Origin: an uncultured delta proteobacterium
GTDB lineage: Bacteria; Desulfobacterota; Binatia; UBA9968
NCBI GenBank assembly: GCA_963745035.1
Contig: CAVUVW010000013.1
Span: 128,001 to 192,000 of the forward strand
DNA length: 64,000 nt
Direction: 5' to 3'
The number at the start of each line of letters is the position of its first letter. Positions within the stretch are counted from its first letter, which is position 1. The position numbers were made by a program, and so were the translations under genes. Under the pieces are notes generated by a model. The model ran no database searches. It saw only the letters and a program-made list of their open reading frames with translations, and was not told where the DNA came from. Below, piece by piece: positions 30,204 through 41,286 of the stretch.

Positions 30204-32479
30204 TTTTTTCTCTTTAAGCGCGCGCCACACGCGCTCCGGTGTAAGCGGCGCCTGGCGGATGCGCACGCCGACGGCGCGGTCGACGGCGTTGGCGATGTTG
30301 GCGGCCATGGAGTTCAATGACGCTTCGCCGCCGCCTTTGGCACCGTAGGGACCGACACCGTCCTGGTTTTGCACGAGATGAAGCTCTACTTGCTTGGGCA
30401 AGTCGGAAAACCGCGGCAGGCGGTAATCAAGAATCGAACCATTCATTAACTGCGAGCCATCGTACACGAGCTCTTCAAAAAGACCGATGCCCATGCCCAT
30501 CGTTGCGGCGCCGATATCCTGGCCTTCGGCCAGCGCCGGGTTAATCGCGAGGCCTACGTCACCGACAGTGGAAAGCTTTTCCATGGTGATTTTTCCGGTT
30601 TCTTCATCCACGGAAATTTCGCAGCCCGTGGCTGCAGCTTCCCAAAAAACCGGCAGCGCGGCGAACTTGCCGGATTTTCTTATATAGGACCGGCCGATCA
30701 CCTCGCCGTCGGGCAGCGCATAAAATTTACTAATCACCTGAGACCAATTGAGCTGGACCTCGCCGCAGCGCACACCGCCGCGCACGGTTTGAATGTCTTC
30801 GACCTTGACTTTCAGCACGTCGGCCGCCATGACGACCATTTGCTGGATGGCCTCCTGGCTCGCTTCCAACACCGCGCTGCCCATTAGTGTCGTCGTGCGG
30901 CTGGCGCCGGTAGAGCGATCGTAAGGGGTAATCGCGGTGTCGGAAGAAACCACGTTGACACTCTCGTACGGAACTCCCAGCGCTTCCGCCGCGATCTGCG
31001 GCAATACCGTGTGGCTTCCCTGTCCCAATTCCGTGCTGCCGGTCATGATCGTGACGGAGCCGTCGGCGTGAACGCGCACTGCGGTCGAGGTAAGCGGATA
31101 GGCGCCGGCATCGCTGCCGGACACGGCAACGGTGCGGCCATGCCCCTTGGGCAAAGGCGTTCCCCACCCGACAGCTTTCGCGGCGGTATCCAAGTCTTGT
31201 TTGAGCGTGCCGTCAAAAGGCCGCATGCCGGGGAAAAATTCCTCTCCAGGCTTGGCCGCATTGGCCAAACGAAATTCATAAGGATCTTTGCCGATCTTTG
31301 CCGCCAGCTCATCGATCTGCGATTCACCCGGCAAGGTGACCTGGGCGCAGCCGAAACCGCGGTAGGAACTGGCGGGCACGGTATTGGTGTAGAGAGACGA
31401 ATTTTCGATCAGGACGTTGGGTATCGCGTAGGGTCCGACACAACGGTTGGTAGATTTCTCTACCACTAGCGGGCTGTTCTCAGCGTAGGCGCCCGTGTTC
31501 ATGACGATCTTCGCCTGGCGGGCGATGATCTTGCCGTCCTTGTCCGCAGCCGTGCGCATCCAGGTGTAGGCATCGTCGCTGCGCGTCGTGAGCATCGCTT
31601 CTTCGACGGTGAGCTGCAGCTTCACCGGCCGTTTGGCTTTCCAGGAGCAGGCCGCGGTCAACGGCTCGACTTTCGTGTACGACTTGCTGCCGTAACCACC
31701 GCCGACAAAGGGGACGATCAGACGCACTTTGCTCACCGGTAGATTGAAAATGGATTTCAAATCGTGGCGCACCATAAAAGGATGCTGCGCCGATGAATAA
31801 ATCGTCACGCCTTGGTCACTGACATCGGCGACCGATACATAAGGCTCCATCGCGTAGGCGTAGGTCATGGGAAAATAATAATTGCCCTCGACGACCGAAG
31901 CAGCTTCCTTGAACGCTTTCTCGACATCACCCCACTGTATTTTGTGAGTTTGGCATATATTCGTTCCCTTGCCCGCGGTCACTTCTCCCTCGAAGCCGCG
32001 CAGCGCGCCGGCTTCGAATTTCTTTTCATGCAAGAGCGGCGCGTCCTTGGCCATCGCTTCTTCCGGCGTGAAGACGCCTTTCAGCTCTTCGTAGTTGACC
32101 TCGATGAATTCCAACGCTTCAAAGGCGATCACGTTCGTTGACCGCCACCACGGCGGCCACCGGCTCGCCGGCGTAACGGACTTTCTCGATCGCCAACAGG
32201 GGATGATCTTTGACGGCGTGGCCGAAATACGGATTCAATCCGTCGAGATCGAAGCCGGTGACCACGCAATAGACTCCGGGATGCGCCTCCGCGCGCGCTT
32301 TGTCGATGGAAATAATTTTCGCGTGCGCAAAAGGGCTGCGCAGCACTTTCGCGTAGGCCATGCCGATAAGCTTCTAGATCGGCAACGTATTGAGCTTTGC
32401 CGGTGACCTTCACCCGGCCGTCGCGGCGCGGAATCGAATGATTGACGATGTGAAAATCGGTTTTCTTCTCGGCGCTCAC
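30183..32479 (-). CDS. Xanthine-dehydrogenase-family molybdopterin subunit (CoxL/XdhA-like); indels near 32130 and 32370
   Basis: KVTGKAQYVAD, VGGGYGSK, SYRGFG, ELGQG, TGASRTT, GAKGGGE. Confidence 0.9.
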
Positions 32480-32956
32480 TTTTTCGACTCCTTCGACATC
32501 ATGTCGGCGGCGCGCTCAATGGCAGCGACGATCGGCACGTAGCCGGTGCAGCGGCAGATGTTGCCGTCCATGTGATGGATGATTTCGTCGCGGGTCGGCT
32601 TGGGATTTTCGTCCAGCAGGGCTTTGGCCGACATGATCATGCCCGGCGTGCAGTAGCCGCATTGAAAGGCGAACTCATCGATGAATGCTTGCTGCAGCGG
32701 ATGGAGCGTGCCGTCAGGCTTCTCCAAACCTTCGATGGTCGTGACGTTTTTGCCGCGCGCTTCATAGGCCAAGTAAGTGCAGGCGCTTACCGGAGCGCCG
32801 TCGATCAAGCACCGTGCACGCGCCACAAACCTGCACTTCGCAGGAGACTTTGGTGCCGTTCAGATTGAGCGTGTTGCGCAGCACTTCGGCGAGGGTTTCC
32901 TGCGGCTCGCAGTCGACCTGCCAGGATTTGCCGTTGAGTTGAAATGAAAGATTCAT
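32476..32956 (-). CDS. 2Fe-2S subunit (CoxS-like); indel near 32810
   Basis: GTKVSCEVQVCGACTV, FQCGYCTPG, GNICRCTGY. Confidence 0.92.
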
Positions 32957-32968
32957 AAGCAAGAATGA

Positions 32969-33036
32969 GTTGGAGTACTGGGGTTCTTCGGGTTAGAATT
33001 GGCATTACTCCATCACTCCAGTACTCCAACACTCCA
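32969..33036. repeat. Hairpin with an 8-nt-period ACTCCA array
   Basis: ACTCCA at 33007, 33015, 33023, 33031; GTTGGAGTACTGG (32969-32981) is the reverse complement of CCAGTACTCCAAC (33018-33030). Confidence 0.75.
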
Positions 33037-33043
33037 TTTCCTG

Positions 33044-34068
33044 TTAGTTATACTTCGGCAGAATATTCTCCGCCCAGAGCTCCATCTGCCGGTTCAAGCT
33101 ATCCATGGTCGGATAGATGATCTTGAGCTCGAAGTGCTGCACGCCGCTTTCGATGAATTCATCGACGCGCCGGCGCACATCGTCGACCGAACCGAAGATA
33201 TGGCGGTCGAGGGCAAACTGCATGCTGTCGATGTCGCGCTCGTAGCTCTCGCTGCTGGTTTTGAGGGTCGGCATCGCGAGATTGCAGGCCTTCTTCGCGC
33301 GTCTTGGCGATGGTCGCGAGTTTTTCGACGGCGATCGTGATCTTCGACGGATCGCGGCCGTTGTCGCGCGCGGTTTGATTCAGGATATCGCAGCCGACTT
33401 TCATTTCCTTCGGCGACAGCCAGCCGGGGATCCAGCCTTCGCCGTACTTGCCGGCGCGTTTGGCGGCGAGCTTCATCCAGCCGCCGACCCAGACAGGCGG
33501 ATGGGGTTTCTGAAACGGCTTCGGATACACTTCGGCGTTTTTGAACTCAATAAAATCGCCCTTATAGGAAGCGAGCGGCTGGGTCCAAATCGCTTTCATC
33601 GCTTCGATGTATTCGTCGGTGCGATCGCCGCGCCGCTCGTACGGAACGCCGAACACGCCGAACTCGTCCGACTCCCGCGTTGCCTTGGAACCCAGACCGA
33701 CGCCGACCAGCAAACGCCCCTGGGCGAGATGATCCAGGGTCGAATACTGCTTCGCCGCGTAAATCGGGTTGCGGCAGGGCATGACCAGGCACGCCACGCC
33801 CAGAACGATCTTTTTCGTCTCCGCCGCCAGATACGAAAGCATCGTCGTGGCTTCGAAAAAATTCGCTTCCTGGGTATCGGTAATCGCTTCGAAGGCGCCG
33901 GAAGAAATATGATGGCGGTGCATCTCGGTAGCTCCAGACCACGTGGTCGTGAACCCAGAGCGCGTCGAAGTCCATGTCTTCGGCTGCCTTGGCGGCGTTG
34001 ACGATATTTTCGATGCTCGAGAGCGGCCCGGAATTCGGCACTCTGACGCCAAAGGAAATCTTATTCAT
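33044..34068 (-). CDS. LLM-class (luciferase-like, possibly F420-dependent) oxidoreductase A; indels near 33285 and 33930
   Basis: FGVRVPNSGP, LWVHDHV, RNPIYAAKQYSTLDHLAQGRL, PKPFQKPHPPVWVGG. Confidence 0.87.
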
Positions 34069-34076
34069 GGAAGCTC

Positions 34077-34999
34077 CTATTGCTTTTCGGTAATTGCGAC
34101 CTTGTCGTACTTGAGGTGGCGGTTGTACCAGTCCACCACGTTGGCGGCGACGTCGTCGAAGTAATCGTTGTAGATGCCGTAGTGCGTGGTCTTTTTGTAG
34201 AGAACCAGTTTTTTCGGCTCGCCGGCCTTTTCGTAGAGATCGAACGATTGCTGTTCCGGCGTCACGGCGTCGCCTTCGACGGCGATGAACAGCACGCCGC
34301 GCGGCGAAATCTTGTGGACGACGTCGATAGGGCTGTATTCCAAAATCGCCTCGGCGCAGGCGAGCGGCATGGCATCGGGAATTTTATCCGCGACGTCTTT
34401 TTTGATCGTCGTCGTCTGGCGCTCCGGGGTTTGCACCATGATGCCGCCTTCGCGCGCGCTGACCATGGCGCCTTTGCCGGTCAACGCCCGCTGCTTGCGG
34501 TCTTCTTCGATGCTTTTTAGATAATCGACCCATTCGTACTCGCGGCGCATGGAGTGGAGCCATTCCCTGCCGCTGCTGACGCCGAGATAGCTGACGCAGC
34601 ATTTAACCCGCGAGTCGATGGCCGCGACATAGACAGCGTTGCCGCCGCCGGTGCCGCCGGAGCCATAGGTGGCGAGGCGATCGGGGTCGATGTCCGGAAC
34701 GGGTTTCGCAGATAACTGAGCGCGCTGCGAATATCTTCGGCCTGCCATTTGGGCATAACCCAGCCGCGCTCGTTGCCTTCGCTGTCGCCCCAGCCGCGGT
34801 AGTCGAAACAAAGACAGGCGTAGCCCGCGGCGCAGAGCTTTTCGAACATCATGATGTAGTGCTTGGCGTCTTTGAGCCCGAGAAATCCCGGGCCTTGGAC
34901 GATGCCGGCAAACGGTTTGCCCTTATCCGAGTCGGGCAAATACAGAACGCCAGCGAGCTTTATGCCTTCGCTATAAAAATTAACTTTTTCAGTACGCAT
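34077..34999 (-). CDS. Alpha/beta hydrolase; indel near 34705
   Basis: FYSEGIKLAGVLYLP, FDYRGWGDSEG, elbow region YGSGGTGGG, Asp in EGDAVTP, His in TTHY. Confidence 0.82.
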
Positions 35000-35047
35000 A
35001 GTCGAACTCCTGAAAGTTCAATCTGCGTTCCGTTCGGTTTCTAGCTC

Positions 35048-35104
35048 GTTCAAGCGTTCAGAACGCCTGAACGGAACCACGGAACCGTCTGAACGGCTTG
35101 AAAC
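35048..35104. repeat. GTTCA/TGAAC hairpin element
   Basis: GTTCAAGCGTTCAGA ... TCTGAACGGCTTGAAAC, imperfect inverted repeat. Confidence 0.6.
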
Positions 35105-35112
35105 TGCGCGCT

Positions 35113-36110
35113 TTACGCCCTCACCGCCGGCAGAACTTCCTGACCCAACAAATCGATCTGCTGATACCAATCAGCGTAGCGGAAGCGAAGATCGAACACG
35201 ATATGATTGAGGCCGGCTTCTTCGTAGCGTTTGGTGTCGCGGGCGACATCCGCTGGAGTGCCGGCCATGAGCAAGCCCTTCGATATCCTCGACGGTAGAA
35301 AAAGTGCCGGACTTGGGTCTCACCCACGTTTTCTTCGCGGGCTGATTGCCTTCATTGATCAGACCTTTGACGTTAACTTTGCTGAGCGCAACGTCTCGAT
35401 TCTTGTCGAGGCTGGTGATCGGGATCGCGCCGGTGGTCACCATCGGGCGGCCGTTGGCTTTGCATTGCTCTTCGAGATATTTGACCATCTTGTTGAACGT
35501 CGCCGTCGGAATACGGCCGGGCATCCAGCCGTCGCAGTAATCCGCCGCGCGGCGGACAGACGCCGGCGTACCGCCGCCGTACCAGATCGGAATCGGCTTC
35601 TTCGGTGTCGGTTTGAGCTCGACGTCTTTGAAATCGTAATAATCGTCCTTGTAGGTGATCTTTTCACCCTTCCAGAAGCGGCGACAAAGCTCCGCATTGA
35701 TCTTCGCCATGTTGGCGCGATCCTGCAAGGTGACCTTTTTGTATCCCGCTGCTTCGAATTCATGGGGAAAGGTGCCGAGACCCAAGCCCATGATTAGGTT
35801 TTCGCACATGGTGCTCAAGCCGGCCATGGACTGTGCTAGATGAATCGGATGGCGATGCGAGATCACCGTGCCGGTGCCCAAGAATTAGTTTTTTACAGAC
35901 GGATGAGATCGCCGCGAGGACGAGCAACCCTTCGATATGGGTATTATCCTCGCCTTCCATGCCGTGCGGCTCAAAGACCAAATGATCTCTGACCCAAACC
36001 GAGTCGAAGCCATAGGCCTCGGCCTTTTTCGACCCCTCGATGCAGAGTTCGGTCGAACCATATTCGCAAAAGTGAGGTAACAGCAGTCCGAATTTCAATT
36101 TTGTCGCCAT
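35113..36110 (-). CDS. LLM-class oxidoreductase B; indels near 35275 and 35880
   Basis: FGLLLPHF, FDSVWVRDHL, RHPIHLAQ, PIPIWYGGGTPASVRRAADYCDGWMPG, ends LLGQEVLPAVRA*. Confidence 0.85.
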
Positions 36111-36138
36111 ATTTTTTCTCCTTTTTGTTTGGGCCGGT

Positions 36139-36981
36139 TTACAGCCCGCGTTCTTCCAATAATGTATCGAGATCCGTCAACGCTTTGATCGAGTCCGCTT
36201 TCTTCGCCCAGCCGACGGCAATCGCCAGAGCATTCACAAGCGAAAACGCCGGCGTGAGCGAGTTGACCGAGGAATGTAGCCCGCGCTTCGCATAAAGACA
36301 GACGTTGGCCGCCTTGGCGATGGGCGAGCTGGGAAAATCGGTGATGCCGAGAATCGGCGCGCCGATTTTCTTGGCGTGCTGCAAGGCGGTTTGCACTTCG
36401 CGCGGCACCTCGAGAAAATCGATGGCGACCAAAACGTCCGCCGGTTCCATGAATGACAGTTGCTCCACCAGCGAAGTGCCGCCCGTCAAAAAGATCCAGT
36501 GCGCGTCTTTTTTAACGCGCACGAGCCTAAAATAAAGAATGTAAGCCAGCGCCGTCGATGCGTTGAGGCCGATCAGAAAAACCTTGCGCGCTTTTAATAT
36601 CACTTCCACGGCTTCTTGGAAATCGGTGAAGGACGCCGCCCGCAATGTTTCCTGAAGCAGCTGAATATCGCGCTTGATCAGCCTGGCGAAAATGTTTTCA
36701 TCGTCGCCGAGCTCGGCGAAGGTTTCTTTCATTCGGTCCGCGGCGCGCAGCTTGCGGCGCATTTCTTTCTGAATATCGCGCTTGAGCTCGGGGAAACCCG
36801 AGTATCCTAACGTCTTGGCGAAGCGCACCACCGTCGCCTTGCTGACACCTACCGCCTGGGCCAAATCGTTGACGTTGGAAAGCAGCAGGGCGGAGCTATC
36901 GTTTTGCAGATAATTCCCAAGCCTGCGCTGCGCCCCGTTGAGTGATTTGACTTTGGTCAGGATCTCTTTGATCGCGGCCAT
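36139..36981 (-). CDS. RpiR/MurR family transcriptional regulator (HTH plus SIS domain)
   Basis: LAQAVGVSKATVVRFAKTLGYSGFPELK; SIS-type ITDFPSSPIAKAA. Confidence 0.92.
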   Translation of the reverse strand: MAAIKEILTKVKSLNGAQRRLGNYLQNDSSALLLSNVNDLAQAVGVSKATVVRFAKTLGYSGFPELKRDIQKEMRRKLRAADRMKETFAELGDDENIFARLIKRDIQLLQETLRAASFTDFQEAVEVILKARKVFLIGLNASTALAYILYFRLVRVKKDAHWIFLTGGTSLVEQLSFMEPADVLVAIDFLEVPREVQTALQHAKKIGAPILGITDFPSSPIAKAANVCLYAKRGLHSSVNSLTPAFSLVNALAIAVGWAKKADSIKALTDLDTLLEERGL

Positions 36982-37023
36982 GAAACTTTTGTTTCATCTA
37001 TCGTAGTGAAATTTTCTTGTCAA
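36980..37023 (-). promoter_or_regulatory. Leftward sigma70-type promoter overlapped by two RpiR-type operator palindromes
   Basis: ATGAAAC-TTTT-GTTTCAT (36980-36997, perfect) and TGAAATTTTCTTGTCA (37007-37022); minus-strand TTGACA-17nt-TAGATG. Confidence 0.65.
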
Positions 37024-37146
37024 GAAGATCGAGATTTTTGGTGGTTGATACGAAAAGCCGGCGAGAAATCTCGGCGACCAAGCGGGCGCAGCCCTCAAGT
37101 TCATGCGAATTGGTTGTCTTGTCACTTGAACCTTCCGCTCCACTCG

Positions 37147-37176
37147 TTGACAGTCATTCCGGTCGAGCGGTAACGT
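37147..37176 (+). promoter_or_regulatory. Putative sigma70 promoter of the cupin gene
   Basis: TTGACA-18nt-TAACGT, followed by AGGAGGT RBS. Confidence 0.5.
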
Positions 37177-37209
37177 CGAACGAGCAATCGAGAGAAGGAG
37201 GTACCGGCC

Positions 37210-38265
37210 ATGGCGACTCCCGTAAAAGAATTCGAAGTTCATCCCTACGTCCAATTCATGATGGACAAGTACAGCCCCTACAAAAAATGGATCGAATCCG
37301 AAGGCGTGCCGATCATCGGCGGCGCGTTCGTGCAGGATGTGCGCACGGAGAAGTTGGAATACTGGAAGCGTAAGGATTGCCACGGAGCGATCTGTACGTT
37401 CTCCGATCAAATGGTCGCCGACGCCTACATCGCCGAGATCGCGCCGGGCAAGAGCATGAAGCCGCAGCGCCAGCTCTATGAGGAAATTATCACCGTCGCG
37501 GCAGGACGAGGCGCGACCAGCGTCTGGTACGATGGCACGCCGAAGCGAGTTTTCGAGTGGGAGCGCGGCAGCACGTTCGCGATCCCGCTCAACGCTTGGC
37601 ACCAGCACCATAACGCGAGCGGCTCGGAGCCCTGCCGCTACTTTGCGCTGACGAGCCAGCCGGTGGCGTTCGAGCTGTTCCGTGACCCGGAATTTATTTT
37701 CAATACCAATTATATGTTCAAGGACCGCTTCGATCCGGGCGATCCTGAATTCTTCTCCAAGGATGGTAAGTACTTCACCGAATATTACGGCGGCATTCTG
37801 CACTCCAACTTCATTCCCGATATCCGAAAGATCAATCTCGTGCCGCGCGAGAAGCGCGGCAAAGGCACGCGCAACATGTACATTCATATGTCCGGCAGCG
37901 CGATGTTGGCGCACGTCTCGCAGTTTCCCGTCGGCCGCTACAAGAAAGCCCATCGCCACGGCCCCGGCGCGCACGTTTTTCTGCTCGACTCGACCGGCTA
38001 CACGTTGATGTGGAACGAAGGCGAGAAGCCGGAAAGATACGACTGGCACGAAGGCACGTGCATCTCACCGCCGGCCGGCACTTGGCACCAGCACTACAAT
38101 ACCGGCAATCAGCCCTGTAAATTCGTTGCGCTCCACGCCAACACCGCGGTGCAGAAAGAAGAGAAAGGCGTCGAGCAGATCGAGTTCGAGGAAGTGGACG
38201 AGTCGATGAAGAAAATGTACGCAGAGGAATGCGCCAAGAACGGCGTTAAGGTCGATATGGATTAG
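37210..38265 (+). CDS. Bicupin protein (gentisate-dioxygenase-like fold)
   Basis: Two cupin repeats: YEE...IPLNAWHQHHN and KAHRHGPGAH...PPAGTWHQHYN. Confidence 0.8.
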   Translation: MATPVKEFEVHPYVQFMMDKYSPYKKWIESEGVPIIGGAFVQDVRTEKLEYWKRKDCHGAICTFSDQMVADAYIAEIAPGKSMKPQRQLYEEIITVAAGRGATSVWYDGTPKRVFEWERGSTFAIPLNAWHQHHNASGSEPCRYFALTSQPVAFELFRDPEFIFNTNYMFKDRFDPGDPEFFSKDGKYFTEYYGGILHSNFIPDIRKINLVPREKRGKGTRNMYIHMSGSAMLAHVSQFPVGRYKKAHRHGPGAHVFLLDSTGYTLMWNEGEKPERYDWHEGTCISPPAGTWHQHYNTGNQPCKFVALHANTAVQKEEKGVEQIEFEEVDESMKKMYAEECAKNGVKVDMD

Positions 38266-39261
38266 TAGGGCAGGACCGTTCCTGCGCCTCTGTCGAGGGC
38301 GGATTGGTAGATGTGATTTGCCAGCGCGATGTCCTGGTTGACCAAGCCGATGGCGCGGATGAAGATACGCTCGCGCTCGCTTTCGCGCGCCGGCTTCTTC
38401 CCCGCGAGTAAATCCGGCAGCTCGGCGTAGAGATCCTTTTCGCTCAGGAAATTTTCTTTCAGCATGCGCTGCATGTCGGATTTGTTCTTGCAGTGCAGCC
38501 AACTGTCGACCACGAACTTGTCGGCTTTTTTGTAAACGTCGCTCTCCATCTCCTGGTGCTTGCCGATGGAGTAAACCGTGATTCCTTCGCCGAGCCAGGC
38601 GTCTTTTACGAAAGGCGTCGACGTCGTCGTCGCGGAAACGACCAAATCGGCGCCGCTGCAGACGCTTGCTTCCGTCGATTCGACCGGGCGGACATTCAGG
38701 CCATATTCTTCGCCGACTTCCTTGCGCATAGCTCTGGCGCGATTCCTGCGTCCGCGAAGTGACGCGGATTTCCTTTAGCTGGAAAGCTTTGGCCATCACC
38801 GGCACGGCGGCGCGCGCCGTATCGCCGGCGCCGAGCATCGCCATGATTGCAGCGCCTTTGCGCGCAAGCACACGCATGGCGACAGTGGCTGCCGCGGCGG
38901 TGCGTACTGCGTGGCACCAATCTTCGTCCATGATGGCGCGGATCTCTCCGCCCTCGCGATCGGAAAGGATGAGGATACGGCGCGGACCGCGCGGCGGGCG
39001 CGAGACGTCGCGGCTGCCGCCCGCGGCTTTGATCGAGCGAATACGAAAACCGGCGACGGGCTCGGTTGCGAGCGCGCAGCCGGTGACCCAGGACTGCCAG
39101 CCTTGCTCCGGCTTGATCGCTAAATCTTCCGGTGTCGACCAGATGACGCGCCCTTCGCTGTGATCGCGCAGCGCCTGCTCGGTGATTTCAATAGCGCGGC
39201 GGAGGTCGAGGACTTTCTTCACGTCCTCGTTGGAGAGATAGAGAATGCCTCTTGCATCCAT
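38262..39261 (-). CDS. Ornithine cyclodeaminase / mu-crystallin family protein 1; indels near 38660-38730
   Basis: LYLSNEDV, HAVRTAAAA, LGAGDTA, ADLVVSAT, IGLVNQDIALA. Confidence 0.85.
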
Positions 39262-39263
39262 GA

Positions 39264-40401
39264 CTACTGAACCGTGCTCAAGTCACGGCAGCCGGTGGTC
39301 AAAAACTCCGGGCCTTTCTCAGTGATCAGCACATCTTCTTCGAGATGCACCGCGCTCTTTTCGGAGCGCACTTTAGGCTCCAAGGCGAGGACCATTCCGG
39401 GGCGATAAAGCTCGGTTTCCACTTCGTTGAGTGACGGCGGCTCGGCTCTCGACATGCCGATACCGTGGCCAATGCGCTTTGGACTGTCGACCGCCTGATA
39501 GCCGCGCTTGAGCAATTCTCGATTGGCCACTCGCGAAACTTCCGCTATCGGGGTGCCAGGCTGCATCGATCCAAAACAGAGCTCGATGACGTCGCAGGCG
39601 GTCTCGTGATCCTTTTTGTGCTCGTCGGTCGGCTCGCCGAAAATCGTCATACGCGTGACGTCACCGTAGTAACCTTCATAGCAGGCACCGAAGTCGGCGA
39701 TCATTCGATCGCCTTTGTTGTAGCGCCGATCGTCGTAGCGGGTGGACGAGTTGAGCATGAGAAAACCGGGATGGCGCGGATGGGCGCCTTCTTCGATCAT
39801 CGAGATGTAAAGCCGATCCGCGACTTCGCGCCGGGTCATGCCGGGCTTTCAGTTGCGGCAGGCAGCGATCATAGGCTTTGACCGAAATATCGCATGCTTT
39901 GCGCATGAACTCGATTTCCTGCGGGCTCTTGATAAGGCGCATTTCGGTCAGCGCCGCCGTGCCGTCTTCGATCTGCGCTTTCGGCAAAGCTTCAGTCAGT
40001 CGAGTGAGATAGTTGACCGGAAACCCAAGACGTTGATCGTCGCCGAGCTCGAAGCCCAGCTTCGACTCACCAAGCCCCATTTCCTTCAAACAACCGCCGA
40101 TCATTTCTTCGGGAAACGGCACGTCCGTATAGGCGCGCACCTCGCCAACCCAGGGCAAGGCTTTGGCTTTCGCCTTGTCATTGCCGTAGACGAGCAGCAG
40201 CGGCTTGCCGCTTTTCGGGAGAATGCAGATCTGCGGCCGCTGGATGTGATCGAGCTGATAACTGATGAGACCGCTGAAGTACCAGTAGTTGTTTTTCTCA
40301 GACACGACCAAGGCGTCGAGACCGTCACGTTCCATCAACGCCTGCGCCCGCTGGAAGCGATCCACATATTCTTTGTCGGCGAACGGGGCTTCGGTTGCCA
40401 T
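39264..40401 (-). CDS. M24 family (Xaa-Pro peptidase / creatinase-fold) hydrolase; indel near 39845
   Basis: Metal ligands ADFG...GDVTR, GHGIG, LEPK, HLEED; N-terminal creatinase-like domain. Confidence 0.88.
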
Positions 40402-40453
40402 TATCGACCTCCGCTAAACTATTTAAAGATTCTGGCTCTTGACCGCTTATCTA

Positions 40454-40527
40454 CGTCATTCCGGCCAAGCCAGCCGGAAGCCAGGATTGACAGATTAGCC
40501 TGGATTCCCGCGTCCGCGGGAATGACG
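40454..40527. repeat. REP/RPE-like palindrome (GTCATTCC...GGAATGAC class)
   Basis: CGTCATTCCGG...CTGGATTCCCGCGTCCGCGGGAATGACG with internal ATTCCC-N8-GGGAAT hairpin. Confidence 0.72.
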
Positions 40528-40555
40528 ATGAAGGGTAGATTGCATTGAAAGTTAT

Positions 40556-41269
40556 TTACAATCTAACTCGCGATCGCTTTTCTGCCTTCCATTGTCTTGA
40601 TCTTGCCACGTAGTCGAGGCTTCGGCGAAGCTGGATCACCGACGCGTATTTGGCGTTCATCTCGAAGAGGTTCACCAGATGCGAAGTGCGCGAGCGGTCG
40701 AAAACACATTCTTCAACCAGAAAAACCGGATAACCGAAGGAGTAGCCGTCGAGCACGGTGCCGCGCACGCAGCCGCAGGTGCTGGTGCCGGTGACGAGCA
40801 GGCAATCGATGTTCTTGCGCACGAGATAGGTGATCAGGTGCGTACCGAAGAAGGCGCTGGCGCGCGCTTTGCGCACGATGAATTCTTTATCGTTCGGCTT
40901 GATCATCTCGGGAAATTGCACCGCGAGCTTTTCAAAGTCGGTGGCGTCGACGCCGCGCTTGGTGGCGTTGCCGAAAGCGGCTTTGAAGTCGGGATCGCTG
41001 GTCGAATAGATCACTGGCACTTCGGCGTCGCGACAGGCATGAAGTAGTTGCTGGATTTTCGGCAGTGCGTCCCAGGCGACCTGGCCGCAGCTCGTGGGAA
41101 ATTCATCGATGGCATCCATCACCGGCATCGGTTTCGTGCCCGTGAAGCCCGTGATCACATCGATGATCAGCAAGGCCGGGTTGACGCCGAACTTCTCTTT
41201 GCCTTTATAGCCGGCCTTCTCGTAGATCTTGCGTTCCTCTTCGGAAATAAACGCTTCCCATTCTCTCAT
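40556..41269 (-). CDS. Isochorismatase-family cysteine hydrolase (maleamate amidohydrolase / N-carbamoylsarcosine amidase-like)
   Basis: Triad PALLIID, RKARASAFFGT, GTSTCGCVRGT; extreme C-terminus uncertain. Confidence 0.85.
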   Translation of the reverse strand: MREWEAFISEEERKIYEKAGYKGKEKFGVNPALLIIDVITGFTGTKPMPVMDAIDEFPTSCGQVAWDALPKIQQLLHACRDAEVPVIYSTSDPDFKAAFGNATKRGVDATDFEKLAVQFPEMIKPNDKEFIVRKARASAFFGTHLITYLVRKNIDCLLVTGTSTCGCVRGTVLDGYSFGYPVFLVEECVFDRSRTSHLVNLFEMNAKYASVIQLRRSLDYVARSRQWKAEKRSRVRL

Positions 41270-41286
41270 GACACATCCTCCTGCTG

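Noticed and set aside
30183-32479. Aerobic CO dehydrogenase (coxL)
   Set aside because: The active-site loop is SYRGFG, not AYRCSFR (form I) or AYRGAGR (form II), and no coxDEFG genes are nearby.
30119-35104. CRISPR array
   Set aside because: The units are 6-8 nt with no unique spacers, and there are no cas genes.
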